Positions 38,383-48,159 of a stretch of DNA of 64,000 nt are shown piece after piece. Origin of the DNA: an uncultured Corynebacterium sp. (GTDB lineage: Bacteria > Actinomycetota > Actinomycetes > Mycobacteriales > Mycobacteriaceae); NCBI GenBank assembly GCA_946223355.1, contig CAMIPB010000006.1:15675-79674 (forward strand), given 5' to 3'. The notes below the pieces were generated by a model. The model had not been told where the DNA came from and did no database searches. It was given only the letters and a program-made list of their open reading frames with translations. The translations under genes and the position numbers were made by a program. Within the stretch, counting starts at the first letter, position 1. Each line of letters starts with the position of its first letter.

Positions 38383-38480
38383 CCAAGACTTGAATCATAT
38401 ATCATTTCGATTATTGCGTCCCAGATCACATGAAATTCAGGAAGTGATCGCGCTCATTTTAAAAGCTCAGGAGGCCACCC

Positions 38481-40238
38481 TTGTTGTTCCACCACAACGG
38501 ATATGTTTCCGAAGACCCCCGCGTCTTACCGGACAACCGCCAGTTCCCGGAGGAGTTACCCGATGAAATGGATGTTCTTATCGTCGGCTCTGGCCCTGCA
38601 GGCATGATTGCCGCCGCTTCGCTTTCAATGTTTCCAAATGTGCACACGCGCATTATTGAAAAGCGCCCCCACCGGCTCGAACTAGGTCAAGCGGACGGTA
38701 TTCAATCGCGTTCCGTAGAAACATTCCAGGCCTTCGGATTTGCTAATGAGATCATTGATGAAGCGTACGAAATCACGGAAATGGCTTTCTGGCGTAGCGA
38801 TGAAACCGGCGGTATTGTCCGTGGTGAACGCCCCATTGATGACGAACACGGCATCTCCGAGTTCCCACATCTCATCGTTAACCAAGCACGAGTGCTCGAC
38901 TATTTTGCACGTTATATGCTTCGCTCACCGTCACGTATGAAGCCTGACTATGGCTGGGAATTCGTCTCTCTCGAGGTGGACCGAGAAGACTCCCACCCAG
39001 TGCACGTGACAGTGACAGACGGGCAGCAAGAGCGGGTCATCAAAACCAAGTACTTAGTGGGTGCTGATGGAGCAAAATCCAAGGTCCGCAAATCTATTGG
39101 TCGCAAACTCGCGGGCCAGTCTGCAAACCACGCATGGGGAGTAATGGACGTGTGCGTGGACACAGATTTCCCAGATTGGCGCACCAAATGCGCAATTCAC
39201 TCGCAGGCCGGTTCCATTCTGCACATCCCTCGTGAAGGCGGATTCTTGTGCCGAATCTACGTGGATTTGGGAGAGGTTCCGGAAGGAAGCGATATCCGGA
39301 AGACCCCACTGGAAGATGTCATTGAGAAGGCCAATCAAATCTACGCGCCTTATTCCATTGATGTGAAAGAAGTAGCGTGGCACTCCATTTACGAGGTGGC
39401 GCACCGATTAGTGGATGGCTTCGACGACGACCCAGAAGACCCACGCATATTCCTTACCGGCGATGCCTGCCACACTCACTCTGCGAAGGCAGGGCAGGGC
39501 ATGAATGTTTCCATGCAAGATGGCTTCAACATCGCTTGGAAGCTGGGACACGTCCTCGATGGCCGCGCTCCACAAGAACTGCTCAAGACCTACGGCACGG
39601 AACGTCAACCTGCTGCGCAGAATCTCATTGATTTTGACAAAGAATGGTCGAGCCTCATGGCGGACCCCAACGCTACTCAAGAGGTCGCGGACTATTACGT
39701 AGAAGCAGAAGCCTTTGCCGCAGGCATGATGACGGAGTACTCCCAAAACCTAGTGGTCTCCGATACGGCGCATCAGGATCTGGCAACTGGATTCCCTGTC
39801 GGCCGACGCTTTAAGTCAGCTATCGCCACTCGCCGCTGTGACGCCCGAAAGCTGCACCTCGGACATGAGCACCAGGCAGACGGCCGCTGGCGCATTTACG
39901 CATTCGCTGACACCGACAAGACCAAACTCAACGAGTGGGCGAAGTCCTTCAACCTTCCCGTTGATTTTGCAGATATCAAAGTCATCTACCAACAGCCATG
40001 CCACGACATCGAGGTGCTGGATGCGCCCGAGCTCTTCCGGCCCAAGGTAGGCACCCTTAATATCCCTATGTGGGAAAACGTGTGGACGGGAGAAGATATT
40101 TTCGCTGAGCGTGGCATTTCCCGCGACGGTGCAGTCGTTGTGGTCCGGCCTGATCAGTACGTCGCTGGAGTCTTTCCTTTGGACGAAAGCGTAGAAAATT
40201 TCTTCAAACGCTTGCGGGATCCGCAGACTGTTGAGTAA
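38481..40238 (+). CDS. FAD-dependent aromatic-ring monooxygenase, PheA/TfdB (phenol 2-monooxygenase) family; candidate (hydroxy)phenylacetate hydroxylase
   Basis: 585 aa. GSGPAG FAD fold, DG and GD motifs (LVGADGAKSKVR, FLTGDACHTHSAKAGQG), and a C-terminal thioredoxin-like extension typical of the family. Confidence 0.75.
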   Translation: MLFHHNGYVSEDPRVLPDNRQFPEELPDEMDVLIVGSGPAGMIAAASLSMFPNVHTRIIEKRPHRLELGQADGIQSRSVETFQAFGFANEIIDEAYEITEMAFWRSDETGGIVRGERPIDDEHGISEFPHLIVNQARVLDYFARYMLRSPSRMKPDYGWEFVSLEVDREDSHPVHVTVTDGQQERVIKTKYLVGADGAKSKVRKSIGRKLAGQSANHAWGVMDVCVDTDFPDWRTKCAIHSQAGSILHIPREGGFLCRIYVDLGEVPEGSDIRKTPLEDVIEKANQIYAPYSIDVKEVAWHSIYEVAHRLVDGFDDDPEDPRIFLTGDACHTHSAKAGQGMNVSMQDGFNIAWKLGHVLDGRAPQELLKTYGTERQPAAQNLIDFDKEWSSLMADPNATQEVADYYVEAEAFAAGMMTEYSQNLVVSDTAHQDLATGFPVGRRFKSAIATRRCDARKLHLGHEHQADGRWRIYAFADTDKTKLNEWAKSFNLPVDFADIKVIYQQPCHDIEVLDAPELFRPKVGTLNIPMWENVWTGEDIFAERGISRDGAVVVVRPDQYVAGVFPLDESVENFFKRLRDPQTVE

Positions 40239-40248
40239 GGTTTCTCAT

Positions 40249-40287
40249 ATGGGTATGAACTTGAACAACTGGTGGCTCGCTGCATAG
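40249..40287 (+). CDS. trpL: trp operon leader peptide MGMNLNNWWLAA, with tandem Trp codons
   Basis: ATG GGT ATG AAC TTG AAC AAC TGG TGG CTC GCT GCA TAG. The stop codon lies inside attenuator hairpin 1. Not in the ORF track because it is too short. Confidence 0.7.
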   Translation: MGMNLNNWWLAA

Positions 40288-40348
40288 CGAGCTTATCGAC
40301 GTACCCTAAAACACCGGCTCGCTATATCGCGGGCCGTTTTTGTTTTTC
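40275..40348 (+). promoter_or_regulatory. trp transcription attenuator: pause/anti-antiterminator hairpin, alternative antiterminator and intrinsic terminator
   Basis: Hairpin 1:2 is GCUCGCU-GCAU-AGCGAGC at 40275..40292. Segment 2 (AGCGAGC) can alternatively pair with GCUCGCU at 40317..40323. The terminator is CGGCUCGC-UAUAUC-GCGGGCCG at 40315..40336, followed by UUUUUGUUUUU. Confidence 0.7.
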
Positions 40349-40374
40349 TGTGCCCGCGGGATCAAGGAAAAACA

Positions 40375-41604
40375 ATGAAAGACGTAGCAGAATTCTTTAT
40401 TCAAAACGCGGACGCACACAACTCTATTTTGCTGGAAACAGCAGGAAATACCTCTATCGCTGTGCTTTCTTCTGCTGGAAAGCTCACGCGGCAGGAAGGC
40501 ATCACCACTTTTACCCCGTTCACGGATAAAGGACACGCCGTCGCTGACTTCCTCGCAGAAAAGTTTGCCGTTTCACGTGAAACATTGCCCATGGTTTTCC
40601 CTCAATCCGATGGTGGGAACATCATCACGGCGCTACAAAATGAAGGCCACTTTTTAGCAGGAACATTCCATTTTAGTTACTCCGAGGACCTCCCAGATTT
40701 CGAATTCTTCCTTGCGGAAGAACACTTAAGAATCGAAGGGGATATCAGCGCGGACATCGCAAAGCCCGGTCCCGCTACAGCTACCGCGAACAAAACCGAC
40801 GCCGAATTTGCACGCGACGTCGAGAAGCTCCAACAACACATTGCGGATGGAGAAATCCGTCAGGTAGTCCCGTCGCGCACGTTCACCGTGGAGTGCCCAG
40901 AGCCATATCAGGCCTACCAACGCATACGCCATAACAACCCTAGCCCGTATATGTTTTTTGTCCGGGGAGAAGATTACACACTGCTAGGCGGTTCGCCAGA
41001 ATCCAGCTTGAAATTCGATGCTGTGACCCGAGACATCACCATTAACCCCATAGCTGGAACTCGACCACGTGGCCAAACCGGTGAGGAAGACACGCGCTTT
41101 GAACGAGAGTTGCGGACGGATCCTAAAGAGATTTCAGAACACACCATGCTCATCGACGTCGCCACGCAGGACCTCGAAAAAATCGCGGACAACGTGCACG
41201 TCACCAATCTTATGAATGTTGAGCGCTATTCCAGGGTCATGCACCTTGTCTCAAGCGTGACTGGAACTCTCCACAACTCGCTATCCGCCGCTGATGCATA
41301 CCGTGCCTGCATGAATATGGGAACTGTATCCGGCGCACCTAAAAAGCGAGCAACTCAATTCCTTGCTGAGATCGAACAATCTCCCCGTGGACCATTCGGT
41401 GGGGCAGTGGGATACTTCGCACCCGATGGCTCATTTGATTCCTGCATCGTGATTCGCAGTGCATACGTGCGCAACGGAATCGCTTCCGTGAGTGCAGGAG
41501 CAGGAGTGGTTAAAGAATCAGAACCCCAAGCAGAAGCTGATGAAACCTTCTTCAAGGCCCGGGCAGTTCTCGAAGCAATTGCAGACGTGGAGGTAATCCG
41601 ATGA
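40375..41604 (+). CDS. trpE: Anthranilate synthase component I
   Basis: Chorismate-binding-enzyme C-terminal core (GGAVGYF...), an LLE(T) feedback-region motif near the N-terminus, and a position behind trpL. A compact 409 aa. Confidence 0.85.
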   Translation: MKDVAEFFIQNADAHNSILLETAGNTSIAVLSSAGKLTRQEGITTFTPFTDKGHAVADFLAEKFAVSRETLPMVFPQSDGGNIITALQNEGHFLAGTFHFSYSEDLPDFEFFLAEEHLRIEGDISADIAKPGPATATANKTDAEFARDVEKLQQHIADGEIRQVVPSRTFTVECPEPYQAYQRIRHNNPSPYMFFVRGEDYTLLGGSPESSLKFDAVTRDITINPIAGTRPRGQTGEEDTRFERELRTDPKEISEHTMLIDVATQDLEKIADNVHVTNLMNVERYSRVMHLVSSVTGTLHNSLSAADAYRACMNMGTVSGAPKKRATQFLAEIEQSPRGPFGGAVGYFAPDGSFDSCIVIRSAYVRNGIASVSAGAGVVKESEPQAEADETFFKARAVLEAIADVEVIR

Positions 41605-42620
41605 AAACTAACTTGATCGCTTATCTCAACAATCCCTCGCCGACCATCGAGGAGGCGTACGACGTCTTCTATCCCTTGACCAACGGTGAATACGACGATG
41701 TGCATATCACGGCACTTCTAGCCACCATCCGCACCCGCGGCGAAACGTTCGCCGATATTGCCGGAGCAGCAAGGGCCTTCATCGACGCCTCTCGAGAATT
41801 TCCCATTACTGGGGACGGCATCCTCGATACCGCTGGAACTGGGGGAGACGGCACCAACACTTTCAACATCTCCACTGGCGCATCGCTCATCGCTGCAGCA
41901 GGTGGAACCAAGATCATCAAATGCGGCAACCGAAGCGTGTCGTCTAAGTCCGGCTCTGCTGACGTATTAGAAGCGCTCAATATACCGTTGGACTTAGATA
42001 TCCAGCGTGCGAAGAATCAATTTCAAGCATCCAATTTCACGTTCTTGTTTGCACCCGCCTATCATCCGGCTGTCGCCCACGTGATGCCCGTTCGTCGGGC
42101 CCTTAAAATCCCCACCATCTTCAACACGCTCGGGCCGATCTTGTCCCCAGCCAAGCCAGAGTTCCAAATCATGGGAGTGGCCAATCCACACCAGGGAAAC
42201 ATTATCGCCCAAACTTTCCGCGACTTAGGCCGCACTCGAGCACTTGTAGTTCACGGCGCTGGAACCGACGAGGTCGCGGTACATGGAAACACACTCGTCT
42301 GGGAACTTAACGAGGGAGAAATTTCCCATTACGAGCTCACTCCCTCAGATCTCGGAACATCGCAACATTCCCTAAGTGATCTGGTTGGGGGAAACGCGAA
42401 ACATAACGCCCGCATCCTCCGCGACGTGCTCGCTGGGAAAGGTACCACTGCTCAACGAGATGCCTTGGCTGCCAACGCGGGAGCCATGTTCTATGTAACC
42501 GGAAGCGCCAGCACTTTCCGGGAGGGTACCGAGCGCGCCAAATCCCTTCTCGCCGACGGCACAGCCCACAACTGGATTACTACCCACGAGGAAACCAACT
42601 ATGCTTCAGACAATCGTTGA
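41601..42620 (+). CDS. trpD: Anthranilate phosphoribosyltransferase
   Basis: GTGGDGTNTFNISTGASLIAAAGG PRPP-binding motif. The start overlaps the trpE stop (ATGA). Confidence 0.9.
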   Translation: MKTNLIAYLNNPSPTIEEAYDVFYPLTNGEYDDVHITALLATIRTRGETFADIAGAARAFIDASREFPITGDGILDTAGTGGDGTNTFNISTGASLIAAAGGTKIIKCGNRSVSSKSGSADVLEALNIPLDLDIQRAKNQFQASNFTFLFAPAYHPAVAHVMPVRRALKIPTIFNTLGPILSPAKPEFQIMGVANPHQGNIIAQTFRDLGRTRALVVHGAGTDEVAVHGNTLVWELNEGEISHYELTPSDLGTSQHSLSDLVGGNAKHNARILRDVLAGKGTTAQRDALAANAGAMFYVTGSASTFREGTERAKSLLADGTAHNWITTHEETNYASDNR

Positions 42621-43833
42621 GAACAGAAAGACTCACCTCGACTCCATCACGTACGGGGAAACCACGCCATCCACCCGTTCCTTCGAGGACGCACTGCGCG
42701 GAACTAATCGCATCATCATGGAGTGCAAGGCGGCGTCGCCCAGCAAGGGAAAAATTCGCGATAACTACCAACCGGGGAAGCTCGCGCGAATCTACTCCCG
42801 CTACGCAGATGCAATCTCAGTCCTGTGCGAGCCGACCTATTTCAACGGCCACTATCACCACCTGCGTACGGTAGCCATGTCCACGCACTTGCCGGTGCTG
42901 TGCAAGGATTTCATCGTCGATGAGGTCCAGGTGCGCGCGGCTCGCTACTTCGGTGCGGACGCAATTTTGCTCATGCTTTCTGTGCTTTCCGACGCCCAGT
43001 ACCGCCACCTCGCAGAAATCGCCCGCTCGCTCAACCTCGATGTGTTGACGGAAACGGCGACGGAGAATGAAGTTCGCCGAGCAATCAATCTAGGTGCGAA
43101 GATCATCGGCATCAACAATCGGAACCTCCACGATCTTTCCATCGACCTAACCCGTACCAACCGTCTCCGCACGCTCATTCCTGCCGATCGCATCGTGGTC
43201 GCTGAATCTGGGATCAGCTCAGTGCAGGACATCCGCAGCACAGACGCAAACGCCTTCCTTGTTGGTTCCCACCTGGCTCAACAGCCAGACGTGGACATAG
43301 CAATCCGAAAACTCATCTATGGCGAGAACAAAGTGTGCGGACTAACCACGCCGGAAGCCGCCCAGGCAGCCCGAGCAGCGGGCGCGGTCTACGGCGGCCT
43401 CATCTTCGAACCATCCTCCCCACGCTATGTTTCACGTGAAACCGCAGAAAACATCATGGCCGCCGAGCCGGACCTCAACTACATTGCCGTCACGCGCTCG
43501 ACTGTGCCCATCGATCTCCCGGTCCAACAGCATGGGAACGGGCCAGCAGATTGGCGCGCCGTTAATCCGGAAACCGATCCGATTCCCGACGGACAACTCG
43601 TCCTCGACACCGGGGGAGGCACCGGAAAAACCTTCGACTGGAACACCATCCCCAAACACGCCCTCTCCCGCAGCCTCCTCGCCGGCGGACTCAACCTCTT
43701 CAACCTCACAGATGCACTCAACGTCCGCACCCGAGGACTTGACCTCAACTCAGGAGTAGAGACCAACGGAGAAAAAGACCCCACCAAACTAGCCCACGCA
43801 TTCGACATCATAAGGAATCACAAAAATGACTAA
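42601..43833 (+). CDS. trpC: Bifunctional indole-3-glycerol-phosphate synthase / phosphoribosylanthranilate isomerase
   Basis: N-terminal IGPS ([13 protein letters not shown]) and C-terminal PRAI ([15 protein letters not shown]...). Confidence 0.85.
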   Translation: MLQTIVENRKTHLDSITYGETTPSTRSFEDALRGTNRIIMECKAASPSKGKIRDNYQPGKLARIYSRYADAISVLCEPTYFNGHYHHLRTVAMSTHLPVLCKDFIVDEVQVRAARYFGADAILLMLSVLSDAQYRHLAEIARSLNLDVLTETATENEVRRAINLGAKIIGINNRNLHDLSIDLTRTNRLRTLIPADRIVVAESGISSVQDIRSTDANAFLVGSHLAQQPDVDIAIRKLIYGENKVCGLTTPEAAQAARAAGAVYGGLIFEPSSPRYVSRETAENIMAAEPDLNYIAVTRSTVPIDLPVQQHGNGPADWRAVNPETDPIPDGQLVLDTGGGTGKTFDWNTIPKHALSRSLLAGGLNLFNLTDALNVRTRGLDLNSGVETNGEKDPTKLAHAFDIIRNHKND

Positions 43834-44962
43834 GCTTCCCGCATACTTCGGAGAGTTCGGCGGACAATTTGTCCCTGAAGCCCTCATCCCAGCACTTGAT
43901 CAGCTCGAAGACGCCTTCATTGATGCGCAAAACGATCCCGAATTCCAGGCCGAGCTTGAACGACTATTCCGAGACTACCTCGGGCGTCCCACTCCGATCA
44001 CCGAAATCAAGTCCGGCGGCAAAGCCCGCATCTTCCTCAAGCGTGAAGACCTCGTCCACGGTGGCGCACACAAGACCAACCAGGTACTCGGCCAAGCCCT
44101 ACTCGCAAAACGAATGGGTAAAACCCGCATCATCGCCGAGACGGGTGCCGGACAGCACGGAACCGCAACCGCACTTGCCTGCGCACTCCTGGATCTTGAG
44201 TGTGTCATCTACATGGGTGCAAAGGACGTCGCCAGGCAGCAACCCAACGTCTACCGAATGGAGCTAATGGGAGCAAAAGTCATCCCAGTGGACTCCGGCA
44301 GCGGCACCCTCAAAGATGCTGTCAACGAAGCGCTCCGTGACTGGACTGCCACCTTCCACGAATCCCACTACTTGCTCGGGACCGCCGCAGGCCCACACCC
44401 TTTCCCCACCATTGTTCGCGAGTTCCACCGCGTCATCTCCAGGGAAGCAAAGGCACAGCTTCCTGAGCTTCCCGACGTCGTTGTTGCCGCCGTCGGCGGA
44501 GGCTCCAACGCCATCGGAATGTTCGCGGAGTATATTGACGAACCAACCGTCGAACTCGTCGGCTGCGAACCCGGCGGAGACGGCATCAAACACGGCGCGA
44601 CCATCAACAATGGAAAAATTGGCATCCTGCACGGGTCCAAGTCCTATCTCATGCGCACCGCCGAAGGAAACATCGAGGAAAGCTACTCGATTTCCGCCGG
44701 CCTGGACTATCCGGGCGTCGGACCGCAACATTCCTACCTCGCTAAGACCGGCCGCGCGAAGTACGTTCCCGTCACCGACTCAGAAGCCCTAGCCGCATTC
44801 AAGCACTTGTCTCGGAATGAAGGAATTATCCCCGCGCTGGAATCCTCCCACGCATTGGCATACGCGCTAGCCCACAAAGACGAAGACAAGACCTTCCTCG
44901 TCTGCCTGTCCGGCAGGGGAGACAAAGACATCGACTACATCCGCAGCCTGGAGGAAAAATGA
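43826..44962 (+). CDS. trpB: Tryptophan synthase beta chain
   Basis: PLP-enzyme motifs [22 protein letters not shown] and GAGQHG. Confidence 0.93.
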   Translation: MTKLPAYFGEFGGQFVPEALIPALDQLEDAFIDAQNDPEFQAELERLFRDYLGRPTPITEIKSGGKARIFLKREDLVHGGAHKTNQVLGQALLAKRMGKTRIIAETGAGQHGTATALACALLDLECVIYMGAKDVARQQPNVYRMELMGAKVIPVDSGSGTLKDAVNEALRDWTATFHESHYLLGTAAGPHPFPTIVREFHRVISREAKAQLPELPDVVVAAVGGGSNAIGMFAEYIDEPTVELVGCEPGGDGIKHGATINNGKIGILHGSKSYLMRTAEGNIEESYSISAGLDYPGVGPQHSYLAKTGRAKYVPVTDSEALAAFKHLSRNEGIIPALESSHALAYALAHKDEDKTFLVCLSGRGDKDIDYIRSLEEK

Positions 44963-45663
44963 TCCGTACACTCCCAACCCCAGCATTCGTTCCCTTCTTC
45001 ATGATTGGAGATGGAGACACCCTCGAACACGTCCGAATCGCCGTCGCGCATGGTGCCGACGCCCTCGAACTCGGCGTTCCCTTCTCCGATCCGGTGGCAG
45101 ATGGACCCGTTATTCAGGCCGCGCACCTGCGAAGCACGGCAACCTTCGAGGATTGCCTCGACGTCGTCAAGCAAATCCGGAGTGAGTTTCCCGATTTACC
45201 TATCGGCATGCTCGTCTACGGAAACATCATGTTCGCAACTGAAAATTTTCACGAGCGCCTCGCCCAAGCGGGTGCAGACACCGTGCTCATCCCAGATATT
45301 CCTGTGCGAGAAGCAACTCAACAAAACCACATCGACACGGTCTTCATTGCCCCGGCTTCCGCAGACGAAAAAACCCTCGAAAGCGTGGGAAAGGCTTCCA
45401 AGGGTTATATCTACGCCGTCGCCCGAGACGGCGTGACCGGAACAGACAAAAAAGCTATTGCCAACGCGGAGGCCATCCAAAAACTAAAGCAGTACGGTCC
45501 CGTCCTCGTTGGTTTTGGTATATCTACGCCAGCCGACGTCCGAAGCATCATGGATGCGGGAGCGGACGGTGTCATCGTGGGCTCCGCGACGATTAAAGCT
45601 ATTCAGGAGAACCGGCTGGCTGAGTTTGTTTCCGAGATGAAGGCGCAAACTTTTCGACGATGA
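44959..45663 (+). CDS. trpA: Tryptophan synthase alpha chain
   Basis: [17 protein letters not shown] active-site region. Coupled to the trpB stop. Confidence 0.9.
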   Translation: MIRTLPTPAFVPFFMIGDGDTLEHVRIAVAHGADALELGVPFSDPVADGPVIQAAHLRSTATFEDCLDVVKQIRSEFPDLPIGMLVYGNIMFATENFHERLAQAGADTVLIPDIPVREATQQNHIDTVFIAPASADEKTLESVGKASKGYIYAVARDGVTGTDKKAIANAEAIQKLKQYGPVLVGFGISTPADVRSIMDAGADGVIVGSATIKAIQENRLAEFVSEMKAQTFRR

Positions 45664-46792
45664 GCGCAATAGCACCGTCGCCGGTGACGTTTGCGGCGGT
45701 GCCCACCGAGTCAATCACGATGTACGCGGCGATCATGAGGGCAACCATGGAATCGTTAAAGCCCATCATTTCGGATAAAAGTCCGGTAGCCACCATCACG
45801 GCACCGCCTGGAACGCCCGGGGCAGCAATCATCGTGATTGCGAGCAGCAGCATAAACCCGATTGCCTTAGAAGCAGACACATCCATTCCAGTCATATAAA
45901 TGAGGGCAAACGCATACAACATGAGCTTGATCATCGAGCCGGAAAGATGAATAGTTGCGCATAATGGAATGACAAATCCCGTGACCTCTTCCGAGGTTTT
46001 GTTCTTCATCGCGCATTCGCGGGTGATCGGAATTGACGCAGCCGAAGATGACGTGCCAAGAGCAGTGAAATAGGCCGGCATCATATTCTTCAGTGCGGTA
46101 ATTGGGTTCCTACCTGTCAAGGCTCCGGCAACGACGTACTGGAAAACCAAATAAATCAGCGTCATTACAACAGACAGCAGCAGAACCTTGGAGAAGGAGC
46201 CCAGCACCGCCAGCACACTGCCATTCATCCCCAGTGTGACAAACATACCGAAAATATAGATGGGGAGCAGCGGGACAACGAAGCTCCAGATAATCTTGAT
46301 GACCACTTGCTCGAGCTCGACCGACGCATTAAATAGGGTATCCGCTTTCACCACCGTCATGGCTAGTCCAATGCAGAACGACAGCAAAAGCGCAGTCATA
46401 ACCTCGAATGGTGGCGCCATCTCCACGGAAAAGTATGGCGTGATTGCGCCTTCATCGATATCCGCGATATTTTTTGCCATGTCTTCTCCACGCAGGAGCC
46501 ACGGATACAGCCCGACGGACACGCCGTAACTAATCAATCCCGCTAGGATTGTTGAGCCATATGACAGCCCGACAGTAATTCCCAACAGCTTTCCCGCGCC
46601 CTTGCCGAGCTTTGCAATAGCCGGAGCAATCAAAGCGAAAATCAACACAGGAACGAAAAAGTTCAGAAAGCCACTGAATAAGCCATTAATCGTGGCAAAT
46701 ACTTTGCCTAACCATTCGGGGAAGAACGTACTGCACAGCGCACCGAGTAGTACTGCAATAACAATTTTGGTCAGTAAAGAGGGTTTAGGCAT
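45599..46792 (-). CDS. Dicarboxylate/amino acid:cation symporter (DAACS) family transporter (SstT/GltP-like)
   Basis: 397 aa with 8–10 TM helices. Family fold is inferred from hydrophobic-hairpin architecture. Convergent with trpA, overlapping it by 65 nt. Confidence 0.65.
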   Translation of the reverse strand: MPKPSLLTKIVIAVLLGALCSTFFPEWLGKVFATINGLFSGFLNFFVPVLIFALIAPAIAKLGKGAGKLLGITVGLSYGSTILAGLISYGVSVGLYPWLLRGEDMAKNIADIDEGAITPYFSVEMAPPFEVMTALLLSFCIGLAMTVVKADTLFNASVELEQVVIKIIWSFVVPLLPIYIFGMFVTLGMNGSVLAVLGSFSKVLLLSVVMTLIYLVFQYVVAGALTGRNPITALKNMMPAYFTALGTSSSAASIPITRECAMKNKTSEEVTGFVIPLCATIHLSGSMIKLMLYAFALIYMTGMDVSASKAIGFMLLLAITMIAAPGVPGGAVMVATGLLSEMMGFNDSMVALMIAAYIVIDSVGTAANVTGDGAIALIVEKFAPSSRKQTQPAGSPE

Positions 46793-46836
46793 GCATCAAA
46801 TATATTACAAAGGAATGAAAAATTACATTTTGGTTT

Positions 46837-47262
46837 GTGCCTGCTAACAGGCATAAGATGGTAGCCATGATCGGAATCGTTATGCTTGTCGTCGCCGCTG
46901 CACTCATCATCATTGGAGGGCTCGCGGCCCTTAAGAAGCTGCCGGGAAATTCCGTCATTGGACTCCGCCTCGCTGAATTACGCAAGAGCAAAGAGGCTTG
47001 GGATAATGCGCACGCTGTCGCGGGGCCATTTTGGGCACTGTCCGGTCTTTCACTGCTATTCGGTGGAATTGTGACGCTTAGTGCTCAAGGTTGGATGTGG
47101 CTGATTCCGGTAATCTCTGTGATCGTTTCCGTTGTTATTTTGTCTATCGGCTCCAACATGGGCGCGCGTGCTTCGCATCTATTTGAGCAGCAAGAAGAAA
47201 AAGGTCCTAAGGTGGATCTCAACGCTTTGCGCAATGCAGCTCGTTCCGCCGATCAAGGATAG
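46837..47262 (+). CDS. SdpI/YhfL-family small membrane protein
   Basis: Four TM segments and a GLRLAELRKSKEAWDNAH motif resembling the SdpI immunity-protein family. Confidence 0.45.
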   Translation: MPANRHKMVAMIGIVMLVVAAALIIIGGLAALKKLPGNSVIGLRLAELRKSKEAWDNAHAVAGPFWALSGLSLLFGGIVTLSAQGWMWLIPVISVIVSVVILSIGSNMGARASHLFEQQEEKGPKVDLNALRNAARSADQG

Positions 47263-47264
47263 GT

Positions 47265-47762
47265 ATGCCTGACAAGTTTTTTCGCGCCACTGGAAAATCT
47301 CTCCAGGAATGGCTCGAACTCGTTCCGCATGAACTTTCTCACTCCGAGATGGCTCAGCGTGCTGAAGAACTTGGTGCTTCCCCATGGTGGGCGCAGAGTA
47401 TTACGGTGGAGATAGAACGTTCAATTGGCCGACGAAAACTCGGTGAATCATGCACCGGTGAAATCAATGCCTCCGCAAGTAAGACTGTTCCGGGGGATTG
47501 GAAAACCAACTTCCCCAAACTGGTGGAGTTCATTGAACCAAAGCTGCCCATCACTGAAAGTTCTATTTCCGAGACCGAGAAGTGGCGCTATTGGCGGGCT
47601 AAGCTTGATGACGACACTAAGGTCACAATTAACGTTTCCGATTCCAACGGCAAAACCAAGATCGGCGTACAGCATGAAAAGTTAGCCGATCATGATGCCA
47701 GAATTGCGGTTAAGGAAGAGTGGAAGACCATACTCAACACCTTTGCCAAAACGTTACTGTGA
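47265..47762 (+). CDS. Hypothetical protein (DUF4287-like N-terminus)
   Basis: 165 aa soluble protein. Only weak family resemblance. Confidence 0.35.
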   Translation: MPDKFFRATGKSLQEWLELVPHELSHSEMAQRAEELGASPWWAQSITVEIERSIGRRKLGESCTGEINASASKTVPGDWKTNFPKLVEFIEPKLPITESSISETEKWRYWRAKLDDDTKVTINVSDSNGKTKIGVQHEKLADHDARIAVKEEWKTILNTFAKTLL

Positions 47763-47796
47763 CTTTTATAGTTTCACGTGAAACATTGGAGGAAAA

Positions 47797-48159
47797 ATGA
47801 AGTGCAGTAGAAGAATGTTTCTACTTGGGTCCGCGACAACCCTTGCGGGCGCCTATTTGGCGGCGTGCGGAAAAGAAGCAAGCGCCAGCATCGCAAAAAC
47901 TGAAATTCCCGTAGGTTCTGCCACCATCATTGACGGAGTGATATTCGCGCAGCCGAAAGAAAACGAGTTCAAGGCATACTCCCAAACCTGTCCACACCAA
48001 GGCGCTGCCATCACTCAAGTTGAGGGAAACGTGGCGACCTGCACGAGCCACTTCACCTCCTACAACCTGGAGGACGGAAGCGTCATCGAAGGACCCGGTA
48101 GGGATCCCTTGGAGGCGCTCGAGTTTAACGACGCCGGCGATACCCTCACCACAACGTGA
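47797..48159 (+). CDS. Tat-exported Rieske [2Fe-2S] lipoprotein
   Basis: RRMFLLG twin-arginine signal with an LAAC lipobox, and Rieske ligands CPHQG...CTSHFT. Confidence 0.65.
   Translation: MKCSRRMFLLGSATTLAGAYLAACGKEASASIAKTEIPVGSATIIDGVIFAQPKENEFKAYSQTCPHQGAAITQVEGNVATCTSHFTSYNLEDGSVIEGPGRDPLEALEFNDAGDTLTTT

Noticed and set aside
40272-40529. 85-aa plus-strand ORF spanning the trp attenuator and the trpE start
   Set aside because: It is out of frame with trpE and overlaps the leader peptide, the terminator and the trpE RBS. The trpL/attenuator interpretation explains the region.
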